A DNA stretch of 64,000 bases. Origin: Spirochaetia bacterium (GTDB lineage: Bacteria > Spirochaetota > Spirochaetia > SP-2023). Under the pieces are notes generated by a model. That model worked only from the letters and a program-made list of their open reading frames with translations, had not been told where the DNA came from and made no database searches. Position 1 is the stretch's first letter. Every line of letters begins with the position of its first letter. The stretch is taken from the NCBI GenBank assembly GCA_965263295.1, contig OZ253665.1, forward strand, positions 2,048,001-2,112,000. The letters run 5' to 3'. The translations under genes and the position numbers were made by a program. Of this stretch, positions 1 to 9,988 are shown one piece after another.

Positions 1-739
1 GCTCCAGACTCTGGGCTCCTTGTTCGCGCAGTTCTAACTCCACGGCCACAATCAGTGCTCCGGCCAATTCGTGGCCGGAATCCAGCTGGAAATGCGAATA
101 CTTATAGCGCCAATCTTTTGGACTGAGCTCAACCCAGCGCAACTGCTCTGGCGCATAAGCCACCGGGCTCACGGCTGGAGATCCAGCATGGGCCCTGCTG
201 ACGCCACGCGGTGGTATGGCGCGCGGAATACACTGTACCCGGCGCACAACTTGCGACATTTCGCCCCCATAGCAGCGCGCATTCATGTAGACGGCCCCGC
301 CCAAGCTACCCGGCATACCATAAAAATGATGCAGACCGGCGGCGTTACGCCCCGCGCAGTAACGACACAATGCCGACATATCCCAGCCACTTTCGGCGCA
401 CAGCCGGCCGCGTTCAGCCTGCCACTCAATCCCCTGCAGACGGCGCAGGCTCAGCACGACTCCGCGCACACCGCGATCAGCGACCAGCATATTCGCTCCG
501 CCTCCGAGTACACTGAGCGCGGCAACAGGTTCAGACTTGCCATCACTATGGAATTCAGCTAATAATTGCAAGGCCAGCTGCAGCTCGGCACGGCCGCGCG
601 GTAACAATAAAAGTTGCGCATTTCCGCCTGAAGCAAAACTGGTAAACGGAGCGAGTGAAATATCCCGGTACGCCGGATAATCGGGTTGCGCAACGTCGAT
701 TTTCCGATATATTTCCTCTGTATAAATTGATTTGGGCAT
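1..739 (-). CDS. murB: UDP-N-acetylenolpyruvoylglucosamine reductase (3' end runs off the window)
   Basis: Not in the ORF track. Manual translation from ATG at 739 (SD GGGGAG upstream) gives MPKSIY...LAPFTSFASGGNA...VLGGGANMLVADRGVRGVV...GMPGSLGGAVYMNARCYG, the classic MurB FAD-binding motifs. Confidence 0.93.
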   Translation of the reverse strand, partial: MPKSIYTEEIYRKIDVAQPDYPAYRDISLAPFTSFASGGNAQLLLLPRGRAELQLALQLLAEFHSDGKSEPVAALSVLGGGANMLVADRGVRGVVLSLRRLQGIEWQAERGRLCAESGWDMSALCRYCAGRNAAGLHHFYGMPGSLGGAVYMNARCYGGEMSQVVRRVQCIPRAIPPRGVSRAHAGSPAVSPVAYAPEQLRWVELSPKDWRYKYSHFQLDSGHELAGALIVAVELELREQGAQSLE

Positions 740-849
740 GCTTTCTCCCCGCAGCCGGGACTATACCCTACAAAAGATACCCCGCGATTTTGTCGGACAA
801 AGAGCTTGCACAGTAAAATGGCAGGGTATTTTTTGTGTATAAATTGAGC

Positions 850-1071
850 TTAACGACCGTGGCTTTGTTTTCGGGCCTCTAGGCGATCCTTACGCATTTG
901 CTTGCGGAGTAACGCCTTGCGCTTACGATTGCGAATCAGAGAAGGCTTTTCAAAGTATTCACGACGACGCCATTCGCGAATGATGCCTTCTTTTTCAATC
1001 AAACGCTTAAAGCGTTTGATGGCTTTTTCCAATGGTTCATCTGCGCCAACTTTTACTAGTGCTATGTTCAT
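850..1071 (-). CDS. rpsU: 30S ribosomal protein bS21
   Basis: [39 protein letters not shown] is the S21 signature. Start at ATG 1071 or possibly ATA 1065 (see findings). Confidence 0.95.
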   Translation of the reverse strand: MNIALVKVGADEPLEKAIKRFKRLIEKEGIIREWRRREYFEKPSLIRNRKRKALLRKQMRKDRLEARKQSHGR

Positions 1072-1173
1072 CACCCCCTTAATTAACAGGATATTAGATA
1101 ATTTTGACTTTCTTGTGACCCAAATCAGCGTTGGCACCTCAGCTCAGTAAAGCAGAGTCCCGAAATTCTGCAA

Positions 1174-2256
1174 TTAACGCGCTGAAATCATAGAAATAAT
1201 CTGACTTGTGTCAATCAAAGGCTCTTCAAAATACACACTCGGATCAACTCGCTGTGCCGAGACCCAGAGCTCGGAATGCAGATGGCTACCCGTCGCAAAA
1301 CCGGTTTTACCGACTTCGCCTATCAGATCGCCTTTTTTGACAAGCTCCCCCTCGTTGACGTTTATCGTACTCAAGTGTTGATATTTTAAAAACACTCCGG
1401 GCAAAACGGCAATGATCGCCGTCAGACCTGTAACGATGCGATCTTCGGCCATGACTACCAGACCATCGCCAGAAGCCAAAACTTTCACCCCCTGGAAAGC
1501 CGCCAGGTCATAGCCCTTATGCACGCTATTCAATATCTTTCCGCCGGGATAGACGTATTTACGCACATAGCCGTAGGCCGAGGACGGCCAACCCTGGCCA
1601 TCTTCCAAGGGACGTAGCAAAGTGCCACTGTAATACAAGTCTTTCGGGTTGTCTCTCTTGATAATAGCCCACAGGCGATTGGCTTGAATGCGTTGTTTGG
1701 CGATAATATCGGGATCCTTAGGGTCCAAGATAGCTTGCATCTGGGCATTGATTTTAATAGTTTCACTAGGGAAGTCATGCTCTTGTATATAAACTGGGCG
1801 CTCCAGCAAATGACTGTGCGAGCTCTTTTTCGCCACACTCGCCCGCAGCATATAATTCCCTGCAGGCAAAGTGGAAGTAATTCCTAACAGGCCAACGTTC
1901 ACCCAATCTGTCATGCGGCCGTTCAGCTGTTTGGCCAAGGTCTCGCGCTCATAGTTAAACAAAAAACCATTGCTGTGGGCTACCACCTTGCCTTTTGCAT
2001 TGAGCAACGTATATTCCACGCTCTCAATGCGACTCAAAGGGTAGACAAAGGATTGTAAGATTCGTCCCTGTTCGACACGATCGGGAGCATAAAGTTTCTG
2101 GGCCGGTAACTGTTGGATACTCCATGCCCCCCAGACAAAAGCGCAGATGCTCCAAACATTTACAAGCCTTATGGCGGCCGGCCCGAGTTGGAATAATCCA
2201 GATAACAATCCCGACAGCTGCCTCTGCACAGTGCTCCGCTCCATCTTTATTCTCAC
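1174..2256 (-). CDS. M23 family metallopeptidase (peptidoglycan hydrolase-like)
   Basis: C-terminal HKGYD (HxxxD), YQHLS and TGSHLH motifs; N-terminal hydrophobic segment. Confidence 0.88.
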   Translation of the reverse strand: MRIKMERSTVQRQLSGLLSGLFQLGPAAIRLVNVWSICAFVWGAWSIQQLPAQKLYAPDRVEQGRILQSFVYPLSRIESVEYTLLNAKGKVVAHSNGFLFNYERETLAKQLNGRMTDWVNVGLLGITSTLPAGNYMLRASVAKKSSHSHLLERPVYIQEHDFPSETIKINAQMQAILDPKDPDIIAKQRIQANRLWAIIKRDNPKDLYYSGTLLRPLEDGQGWPSSAYGYVRKYVYPGGKILNSVHKGYDLAAFQGVKVLASGDGLVVMAEDRIVTGLTAIIAVLPGVFLKYQHLSTINVNEGELVKKGDLIGEVGKTGFATGSHLHSELWVSAQRVDPSVYFEEPLIDTSQIISMISAR

Positions 2257-4610
2257 ATTGACTCCCTTAATTTCCTTGCTTCTGGCGCTTGCAGATTTAC
2301 ATTATTTTGCTTTGGAGTTGGATTCTCATGCCGTCTGATATCGACAATTTCCAACTGAAATCTCAACTGTCCCTGGTAATGATTTGCTTGGATGTGGTAC
2401 AGAATATCAACTACATCACCTCTGACAAAATCTTTTGTATATCTTTCTGCCGCACGCCAGAAGACGGCGTTCAGACTCCGCCCCTCTCCCTCTTGGCAAA
2501 CGTCAGCGACACTTGCCTGTTCCATTTCATTGTGGACTTGCATCTCGGCTGGTTGGCACGGACGCAACAGGAGGCGCAAGTGACCAGCGTCACTACGTCC
2601 TAGAGGCTGTACGTCTTCTAGCTCTAGGCCACAGCTCAGCAACAGTAATTCAGGCCACTCCATGCCATATGGCGCAAGCGGGGCCCACAAACGTTCCAGC
2701 AACCCAGGATTCAGCATTTCCAAGGGAATTTCAGCATCGACTGAGTATTTTGCTCCCCCTACGTCCACAACTTCTTTAGCCTGCGGCAGCGGCAATAACT
2801 TCAAGAAAGCCGACCACAAATCTTTCTGGCGTTCCGCACTTATCGAAAAACCGCCGGCGGCCTGATGCCCACCATAATTGCTGAACCAGTCCGCCAACGG
2901 TTCGAGCAAAGAGAACACGGAAGGATCTCCACTAGAACGCAGCGAACCCGACCAGTGCCCCGCGTTTTGCCCGTCCCCGCCTTGAGCGATGACCGCGCAG
3001 GGCACACCGCCATACTGCTGGCTCAAGCGCCCTGCAATCAAGCCGGTTATGCCCCGCGACAACTCTGGAATGGCGACATATACGAGCTGCCCCTGCGATT
3101 CTTTGAAACTTTGCCGAGCTGGATTCTGGGCCAAGGCCAAGAATTTTTCGCTCTGTTCACGCCGCTCTTGGTTTAGCTGCACTAGCTGCCGGGCCAATAA
3201 TCGCCGTTCGTCGCCACTCTCTGCAGTCAACAGGCTAGTGACTAGAACTGTGTTGCCCATGCGTCCGGCGGCATTCAGCACGGGAATAACTTTCCACGAC
3301 AGTTCTCTAGCGTTCAGTTCCCGGCCTAAAAGACCGAGTTCCAGCAGTAACTCGCGCAGCCCGGGACGCGCTGCGCGGCTGAGCTTCTTGAGCCCCTGCT
3401 CGACAATAATGCGATTCTCATTGTGTAGCGGCATCATATCCGCAATGCTGGCTACAGCCATTAGGTCCAAGCTCTGCTCAAGGAGTTTCTGTGGCAGGGT
3501 CAACTGTCTCTCCAGCATAGACAATAGCAACTCAACCTGACAGTCAAAAAAATCCAGCTTACGATATCTTGCCTGCCGGCTCATGCGAGGCAACTCTTGA
3601 CGCAGTAACACAGGGTCTTGCAAGGCCCCACACTGACGCAAACGTTTGCCCAGGCCAGAGAATTGACGCAGCAGCTCGTCGCACAAGTTAAGCAGGTAAA
3701 TATCGCTGGATTGGCCGTAAATATTTGCCAGAGCGTCATGCGTTGCGGCTGCTGTGAAGCTACACAACACCTCATTTTGGATATAATAAAACAGGCGTTC
3801 GGCATCTTCTTGCCCCTGGAGCTGCAACTCCAGGCGGCTTTGTACGCAAAGGTTTTGAATTTTAGCTGAGCGCACCAGCACATCTGGCTTGCCATCTTTT
3901 TTTTGCACTACAATATCCAGCAGGCAGAAGCGCTGACTATTCCCTTCAAGCTGACCGAGCTCTTTCATATAGGCCAAAGCCCAAAGGAACTTGCCCGCCA
4001 CACTGGCCGCACAAATACTGGCAAACGGATAATATTCACCTTTTTCGTTAGGGCTGTGCGGATTGACCAGGGCGTAAGCTGCCGGGCGCTCTTCCTTGGC
4101 CGCATGGTGGTCCAGCACGACTACGTCGATGCCTTGCTCGCGGGCCGCCGCAATTTCGACGTGGTTGGCACAGCCACAATCTGCTGTCAGAATCAGGCTC
4201 ACCCCCTGCTCCGCAGCCTCAGCTACCACGCTCAAACTCAAACCATAAGAATCATCTGCAGTTGGGTTGCGAAACTGCAGCTTATCTCGCGCCACGCCGA
4301 GCTCCAGGAGGCCATGGTAGAGTATGGCTGTAGAACTTACGCCGTCCACATCTCGATCGCCAAAAATCAGAACCTGTTCGCCTTCGTCAATGGCACTGAC
4401 AACACGTTCGGCCGCATCATACATCTCACTGAGAAGAAAGGGATTATGCAAATAACGCGGGCTTTTTTCCAGAAAAAACAGCAGCTCTTCGCCTTTAGTA
4501 CAGCCTCGCCGGGAAAAAATCGAACTGAGCAAGACGTCAATTCCCAGAGCTCGGCTCAGCTCGCGCACACTACGTTGCCCTAGATCTTCTTTGTGCCAAA
4601 TCATCGACAC
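2253..4610 (-). CDS. recJ: Single-stranded DNA exonuclease RecJ (long form with central insertion)
   Basis: GDRDVDG, TADCG, LDHH, SIADMMPL, PVLNAAGRMG and GGHQAAGGFS motifs (DHH/DHHA1). Confidence 0.95.
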   Translation of the reverse strand: MSMIWHKEDLGQRSVRELSRALGIDVLLSSIFSRRGCTKGEELLFFLEKSPRYLHNPFLLSEMYDAAERVVSAIDEGEQVLIFGDRDVDGVSSTAILYHGLLELGVARDKLQFRNPTADDSYGLSLSVVAEAAEQGVSLILTADCGCANHVEIAAAREQGIDVVVLDHHAAKEERPAAYALVNPHSPNEKGEYYPFASICAASVAGKFLWALAYMKELGQLEGNSQRFCLLDIVVQKKDGKPDVLVRSAKIQNLCVQSRLELQLQGQEDAERLFYYIQNEVLCSFTAAATHDALANIYGQSSDIYLLNLCDELLRQFSGLGKRLRQCGALQDPVLLRQELPRMSRQARYRKLDFFDCQVELLLSMLERQLTLPQKLLEQSLDLMAVASIADMMPLHNENRIIVEQGLKKLSRAARPGLRELLLELGLLGRELNARELSWKVIPVLNAAGRMGNTVLVTSLLTAESGDERRLLARQLVQLNQERREQSEKFLALAQNPARQSFKESQGQLVYVAIPELSRGITGLIAGRLSQQYGGVPCAVIAQGGDGQNAGHWSGSLRSSGDPSVFSLLEPLADWFSNYGGHQAAGGFSISAERQKDLWSAFLKLLPLPQAKEVVDVGGAKYSVDAEIPLEMLNPGLLERLWAPLAPYGMEWPELLLLSCGLELEDVQPLGRSDAGHLRLLLRPCQPAEMQVHNEMEQASVADVCQEGEGRSLNAVFWRAAERYTKDFVRGDVVDILYHIQANHYQGQLRFQLEIVDIRRHENPTPKQNNVNLQAPEARKLRESM

Positions 4611-4720
4611 CAGTCTAGCGAAACTCCAACGCCTTTCACAGAGCCAAAGACAAGAGAATATTAGCCACGAGCAAGGCCTAAATTATCAGAAAAGAGGAAT
4701 TAATATAGAGTCAGTTCTTT

Positions 4721-5539
4721 CTAATCTGGCAGATACTTGCGTAAGTGCTTCGCAGAGAGACAGCGGGTGTGCCAAAGGTAGGCCAAGTTGGAAATTAAGT
4801 AGCGTTTAAACAGGCGGCGAGGTTCCTGCAACAGGCGAAACAACCACTCCAGACCAATATGCTGCATCCATAGCGGAGCGCGGCGAAGCTTCCCTGAATG
4901 GAAAAGAAAGGCAGCTCCTACCCCTAGTTGTACCAGCGGCAGAGTTCCTTTATTTTGAGCCATCCAAACTTCCTGCTTGGGGCAGCCAATACCTACAAAC
5001 AAGAGCCGAACTCCACTCTGACGAATAGCCTCCAGCTCCTCTTTCTTCGCGGCTTCACCTACAGAGCGAAAAGGCGGCGCAAAAGCGTAGGTCACTTTCA
5101 AGTTGGGGTACCGGTGCTTTAAATTCAACTGCAGCAACTCCAGACTCCCCGCCGTACCACCGTAAAGTCCAATCGGGATACCGCGCTTAGACGCCTCACA
5201 GCACAATGCACTCATCAAGTCCGGGCCACATACTCGCCGCTGCTGGCTGTAGCCTAACTTACGCAAGGCCCAGACGATCGGCATCCCATCGGGAGTCACG
5301 AGGTCAGCTTCGTCACAGATACGACGGAATTGCTCATTGTAAAAACTTTCCATACATACCGTTACTGGCGCAACGCAAACATAGCGCCCAAACATGTCGA
5401 GCTCCCCGTTAGCCGCCGGCCCGGCCCAGCGACATATTGTCTCGACAAAGTCTGCAAAAGACCCTAAATTTACTTTCAAATGCAAGACTTGACTCTGCGC
5501 CAGATATGGCCGTTCAGCTGGCCCGACATCCTGCTCCAC
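4721..5539 (-). CDS. WecB/TagA/CpsF family glycosyltransferase
   Basis: DLVTPDGMPIVW, RVCGPDLM, VGIGCPKQE and GLEWLFRLLQEPRRL motifs. Start placed at GTG 5539 after AAGGA; the ORF track extends to 5653. Confidence 0.9.
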   Translation of the reverse strand: MEQDVGPAERPYLAQSQVLHLKVNLGSFADFVETICRWAGPAANGELDMFGRYVCVAPVTVCMESFYNEQFRRICDEADLVTPDGMPIVWALRKLGYSQQRRVCGPDLMSALCCEASKRGIPIGLYGGTAGSLELLQLNLKHRYPNLKVTYAFAPPFRSVGEAAKKEELEAIRQSGVRLLFVGIGCPKQEVWMAQNKGTLPLVQLGVGAAFLFHSGKLRRAPLWMQHIGLEWLFRLLQEPRRLFKRYLISNLAYLWHTRCLSAKHLRKYLPD

Positions 5540-5570
5540 ATTGTTATCCTTTAAGAAAAACCAGTAGAAA

Positions 5571-5600
5571 AAGGAGGTTATGGCATGCCATAACCTCCTT
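5571..5600 (-). terminator. Perfect 30-bp palindrome AAGGAGGTTATGGCATGCCATAACCTCCTT; likely terminator or attenuator after the V-ATPase operon
   Basis: Exactly self-complementary, 30 nt after the atpK stop, followed on the minus strand by TTTCTACTGGTTTTT. Confidence 0.6.
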
Positions 5601-5630
5601 AATAAGATCTTTTCGAACAAATAAAAATTC

Positions 5631-6077
5631 TCAGGACTGACCGATCGCCACAATTAACATAGCCAAAACGAAAATAGCTACCGATTCTACAATACCAGCC
5701 AAGAGAATATAACCGGCAGTACCTTTTCCCTCAGTCTCGACAAACGCATCACAAGCAGCAGCCATTACACGCCCCTGATACCAAGCTGAAAAACCCATGC
5801 CCAAACCACCAGACAAACCGGCGGCAAACAAAGCCCCTGGGGCGGCCACACCTTGAGCACCAAGAATGGTAAACAACAGCACAATGCCGTAAATTGTCTG
5901 GGACAGAGGGAAGGCAGAAAATGTTGTCAGCATCGTCGGTGCAATTTTACCTGCAAGCAAGGATTTTTTCATTGCTCCAACGGCACCCTGAGCCGCACTA
6001 CCTGTACCCAAAGCAGATCCTGCAGCAGCTAATCCCAGTGCAATAGCTGCACCCATTGTTCCAATATCTAAGTCCAT
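5631..6077 (-). CDS. atpK: V/A-type ATP synthase subunit K (proteolipid)
   Basis: Four hydrophobic helices, PLSQTIYG and GIVESVAIF motifs; last gene of the operon. Confidence 0.93.
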   Translation of the reverse strand: MDLDIGTMGAAIALGLAAAGSALGTGSAAQGAVGAMKKSLLAGKIAPTMLTTFSAFPLSQTIYGIVLLFTILGAQGVAAPGALFAAGLSGGLGMGFSAWYQGRVMAAACDAFVETEGKGTAGYILLAGIVESVAIFVLAMLIVAIGQS

Positions 6078-6105
6078 TGGCAAACTCCCTTTACTTTTAA
6101 AAGTT

Positions 6106-7998
6106 TTATTTTATACGACGTTTAGTGAAAGGCTGATACTTGTGTCCGGACCATTCCAGACCGATGTGGTTGGAAAATTCCAGCATGTTCAAACGTACTG
6201 CGTGAACAATCACAGAAAGGCAACCCAGTACAAAGTTGATGACATGACCGATAAGCAACACGAGGACACCCGCAAGCAGCAGCAGAACTCCCAGCGAGCC
6301 CCCTGCAGAACTGACAATGCCCCCTCCCATACTGTTAAAGCTTGAAGCAATTGAAAATGAGGCAATCCCCACTGCAAACAGACGGATATACGACATGATA
6401 TCACCAAAGAGCCCCACAGTATCCAAAAATGTTGTAAATAACCCAGTCAAACCGCGCAGGATCCCAGTGAAAAAATTCACCCCACGTTCCTGTTGTCCAA
6501 AACAGATGACGACTCCAAGACCGCCCAGAAGGCTAGGCACAGCCTGCGATGGAATACTGTCACCGATGCGCACCATCCAGAGCAGCACCCAGTACAGGCC
6601 ATTAATCATGGCAATCATGCCCAGGTTAGTCAGGGCCTTTAATTCACCGCATCTAAGTTCACGCAGCATACGCCACAAGTGCGCGACAATCAGATGAACG
6701 GCACCTAAGCTAAAGCACAACCACATGATAAAATTTTGCTGCTCTTTGGCACTGTGCTGAAACAACTCAGGATATACCGAAAGCTGCCAAACGCTATAGC
6801 TCTTGAACAGTTCCATACTGGCAATACTTTGGGAACCGAACCAAGACCCTGAGGCCGTCCCCCAAATGAAAGTCGCCAAACCTGAAACGTAGAGCATCTG
6901 CACAAGACTGCTAAACTTCTTTGTCGCTATTTGAGCGACCAAACCAAGCAATATAATGACTAAACCATAGACAGCATCACTCATAATCATTGCGACAAAT
7001 ACGGTGAAGAAACTAAAGAACGAAAATGATATGTCAGGTTCATGATAAGCTGGCGTCACTTCGAGAAAAGACATTACTGGATTAATCATGCGCGAAATAA
7101 AATTCTGCTTTAGTTTAGTTGGGGCCCGGTCCCCTTGATTTAGATCAACATCACGGAGCACCAGCCCAAACGAATAGTTCTTGGCCAACAGCTTCAAGTC
7201 GTTGACACTCTCTTCTGGAACATAGCCACTCAGCAGGAAAAGGCCATCACCAACGTCTTCCAAACTGTTGTATGCCTTTTCAAACTCAAGTTGATCGGCG
7301 AGATCTTCGCTATAGGCAAACAGCACATTTTGTTCAAAGAGCCGATCCCGAAGATTCTTCTCTATATTTCTGTTGCGCTGTTGTAATTTCTCAATGCGCT
7401 TGCGGGCCTCTGCATTAGAAGAATCTGGCAAATCAAGTTCTACAGGTAAATGAGCAAAGAGTTCCCGCTTCTCTGTTTGGCCAGTCATCCCCCTGTCAAC
7501 GACAGCGACCAGAGTTTTGTCGGTACCCATGCGATCAATCACGAGATACTCAATCGGGCTCTCCCGCAAAAAAGAGAGATGGTGATCATTTACCGCAAAC
7601 AAATGGATTTCAATTCCATCCGCTTTCAGATCGCGAATCAGGTTGGGATCAAATTCCTCCCAAGGCAAACAATTCTTGACCCGCTCCTGCAGTATGTGTA
7701 TCTCTTCATTATTGCGTTGTTCTTCCAAAACCAGTTCGTTCAGATCCTGCTGCAAAGCCTCAACCTTGGCGACATCGTAACTGGATACCATCTGGTAGCT
7801 CTGCTTGGGGGCCAGGGACTTAAAGCGCTTCAGAATCACCTCCAGGCTAGCCAGCCCTCGGTGCAGTTGAGCAATTTTTTGGGATTCATAACGCTGCTGA
7901 TCAATATGCAAAACCCCTAGTTGCTGGACTTTTTCCAAGCAGCTCTTAACATGGCGCTCCTGCAACAGGATAAAGCAGCGCTTCATTGCAACGATCAT
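6106..7998 (-). CDS. atpI: V/A-type ATP synthase subunit I
   Basis: MIVAMK start, soluble N-half, TM C-half with DIMSYIRLFAVG and HAVRLNMLEF. Confidence 0.94.
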   Translation of the reverse strand: MIVAMKRCFILLQERHVKSCLEKVQQLGVLHIDQQRYESQKIAQLHRGLASLEVILKRFKSLAPKQSYQMVSSYDVAKVEALQQDLNELVLEEQRNNEEIHILQERVKNCLPWEEFDPNLIRDLKADGIEIHLFAVNDHHLSFLRESPIEYLVIDRMGTDKTLVAVVDRGMTGQTEKRELFAHLPVELDLPDSSNAEARKRIEKLQQRNRNIEKNLRDRLFEQNVLFAYSEDLADQLEFEKAYNSLEDVGDGLFLLSGYVPEESVNDLKLLAKNYSFGLVLRDVDLNQGDRAPTKLKQNFISRMINPVMSFLEVTPAYHEPDISFSFFSFFTVFVAMIMSDAVYGLVIILLGLVAQIATKKFSSLVQMLYVSGLATFIWGTASGSWFGSQSIASMELFKSYSVWQLSVYPELFQHSAKEQQNFIMWLCFSLGAVHLIVAHLWRMLRELRCGELKALTNLGMIAMINGLYWVLLWMVRIGDSIPSQAVPSLLGGLGVVICFGQQERGVNFFTGILRGLTGLFTTFLDTVGLFGDIMSYIRLFAVGIASFSIASSFNSMGGGIVSSAGGSLGVLLLLAGVLVLLIGHVINFVLGCLSVIVHAVRLNMLEFSNHIGLEWSGHKYQPFTKRRIK

Positions 7999-8633
7999 GC
8001 AGCCTCCCTCGCAGAATCTCTGGCCGCATCCGCAGCAGAATTGCGCTCTTCTAATTTCTTTTTAGCGATTTTACCACAAACGACGGCCGCTGTCTGTTGA
8101 TCTCCCATATATACGGCAATTTTTTTAATATTTGCTTTAGTCTCAGGTATCCTAATCTTTTCAAAAAGGTTCACACGCTGTGTCGTCACGCGCAACTCGG
8201 CCTCCAATCGGCGTTTCTGTTCCTGATAGATATCGTGCTGCAAGCGCAGGGAAATAGTGTCCTTAATAGCCTGAATACCGTGATCTATCCATGGAGGTGT
8301 ATCAAATAGATCATAGACCATCACATTAAAAGTCACTTTCTCAAACACGGGGATCTCAACACCGGCAATGTTGCCAGAGCCAGTAATTAGCTCACGTACC
8401 GAAAGATAATCCTCAAAAGGGAAACCTTCAGCATAAAGTGCCACCCAAGATTCCAGATGGCTCTGAAAGGCCTGCAGTTGCCTGAAGACCTCATCAGCTT
8501 TTGCTTGTACCCCAGCAATTTCTACTTGCAATTGCTGTTTCTTGAGCTGCAGGGTCGGCAGGTAGCGCTGAAACATTTTCAAAGCGTCTTTTTGTTTCTT
8601 CAACTCGTTTTTTGTCAACTTTATCTTAGCCAT
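7995..8633 (-). CDS. atpD: V/A-type ATP synthase subunit D
   Basis: MAKIKLTKNELKKQK...RYLPTLQLKKQQL and TTQRVNLFEK. Confidence 0.94.
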   Translation of the reverse strand: MAKIKLTKNELKKQKDALKMFQRYLPTLQLKKQQLQVEIAGVQAKADEVFRQLQAFQSHLESWVALYAEGFPFEDYLSVRELITGSGNIAGVEIPVFEKVTFNVMVYDLFDTPPWIDHGIQAIKDTISLRLQHDIYQEQKRRLEAELRVTTQRVNLFEKIRIPETKANIKKIAVYMGDQQTAAVVCGKIAKKKLEERNSAADAARDSAREAA

Positions 8634-8668
8634 AGCAAACAAGTCCTCCTATATCGAAATAGCCAGCA

Positions 8669-9988
8669 CTAGCCAATGCTCCTGCTCTTCGGCCAAAATT
8701 TCTCAATCAGATTTGAACGCAGGCCGGTTTCCTCCGGCTCAAAGCATTCACAGAGTATCTTCCAACCGTTATCTAACTGCTGCTCCAAAGGGACATTCAC
8801 CGACAGATCCATCATCTCGGACTCAAATAGCTGACCATATTTGAGCAGCTTATTGTCCCAGGAACTCATGGCAAAACCCATAGATTGCTTTTCCAGCGAG
8901 GATCTATAGTTTGCGTACAGCTTGATCATACCATCCATAATGGCACGATGATCTTCACGAGTCGCATCATTTACTTGCTGCTTAAGGCGCGACAGCGAAC
9001 CAAAAGGTTCAATGCGGCCGCCGCGCAGGTAGTACTGACCTTCCGTAATATATCCCGTGTTGTCGGGAACCGGATGGGTGACATCATCCCCCGGCATAGT
9101 CGTAACGGCGAGCAAAGTGATTGAACCGCTACCTTCAATGTCCACAGCTTTTTCATAGCGAGAAGCCAGCTGGGAGTACAAGTCCCCCGGATAACCGCGG
9201 TTCGAAGGGACCTGTTCCTGCGTAATCGCAATCTCCTTCATGGAGTCCGCGAAGTTGGTCATGTCCGTCAACAGAACCAGAACGTTCTTGCCCTGCAAGG
9301 CAAATTTTTCAGCAATGGCCAACGAAATATCGGGCACCATCAGACATTCGACCACAGGGTCTGAAGCCGTGTGCACAAACATGATTGTCTTGCTCAGGGC
9401 ACCACCTTCTTCAAGGGTATCACGGAAATACAAGTAATCGTCATACTTTAAGCCCATGCCCCCCAGTATAATCAAGTCGACTTCAGCCTGCATGGCGATG
9501 CGTGCCAACAACTGGTTATAGGGTTCACCAGAGATAGAAAAGATCGGCAACTTTTGCGACACCACCAGAGTGTTGAAAAGGTCAATCATCGGAATGCCGG
9601 TGCGGATCATGTGCTTGGGGACGATGCGCTTTGCCGGATTAAACGAAGGGCCGCCGATCGTAATCAGGTTCTCCTGCAGCGTGGGGCCGTTGTCTCGAGG
9701 TTCTCCAGAGCCGTTAAAAACCCGGCCTAACAGGTTTTCAGAAAAAGAAACGCGCATCGGATTGCCGAAGAAACGCACTTCGTCGCTAGTCGAAACACCG
9801 CGGCCACCGGCAAATACTTGCAGGGTTACCACGCCTTGATCCAGCTTAATAACTTCAGCCAAAGAGGCGCCAAAACGAGTTTTGATCTCGGCGAGTTCGC
9901 CGTAGGCAATCCCTTCGGCGCGAACGGTAATAACGCTACCGGCAATGGTTTCAATCTTGCTGTAAACTTTATTCGTCAATTGACTCAT
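8669..9988 (-). CDS. atpB: V/A-type ATP synthase subunit B
   Basis: [26 protein letters not shown] and [17 protein letters not shown] motifs. Confidence 0.96.
   Translation of the reverse strand: MSQLTNKVYSKIETIAGSVITVRAEGIAYGELAEIKTRFGASLAEVIKLDQGVVTLQVFAGGRGVSTSDEVRFFGNPMRVSFSENLLGRVFNGSGEPRDNGPTLQENLITIGGPSFNPAKRIVPKHMIRTGIPMIDLFNTLVVSQKLPIFSISGEPYNQLLARIAMQAEVDLIILGGMGLKYDDYLYFRDTLEEGGALSKTIMFVHTASDPVVECLMVPDISLAIAEKFALQGKNVLVLLTDMTNFADSMKEIAITQEQVPSNRGYPGDLYSQLASRYEKAVDIEGSGSITLLAVTTMPGDDVTHPVPDNTGYITEGQYYLRGGRIEPFGSLSRLKQQVNDATREDHRAIMDGMIKLYANYRSSLEKQSMGFAMSSWDNKLLKYGQLFESEMMDLSVNVPLEQQLDNGWKILCECFEPEETGLRSNLIEKFWPKSRSIG

Noticed and set aside
71..562. Plus-strand ORFs at the window start, and the many antisense ORFs over core genes
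   Set aside because: Shadow ORFs opposite murB and other well-supported genes.
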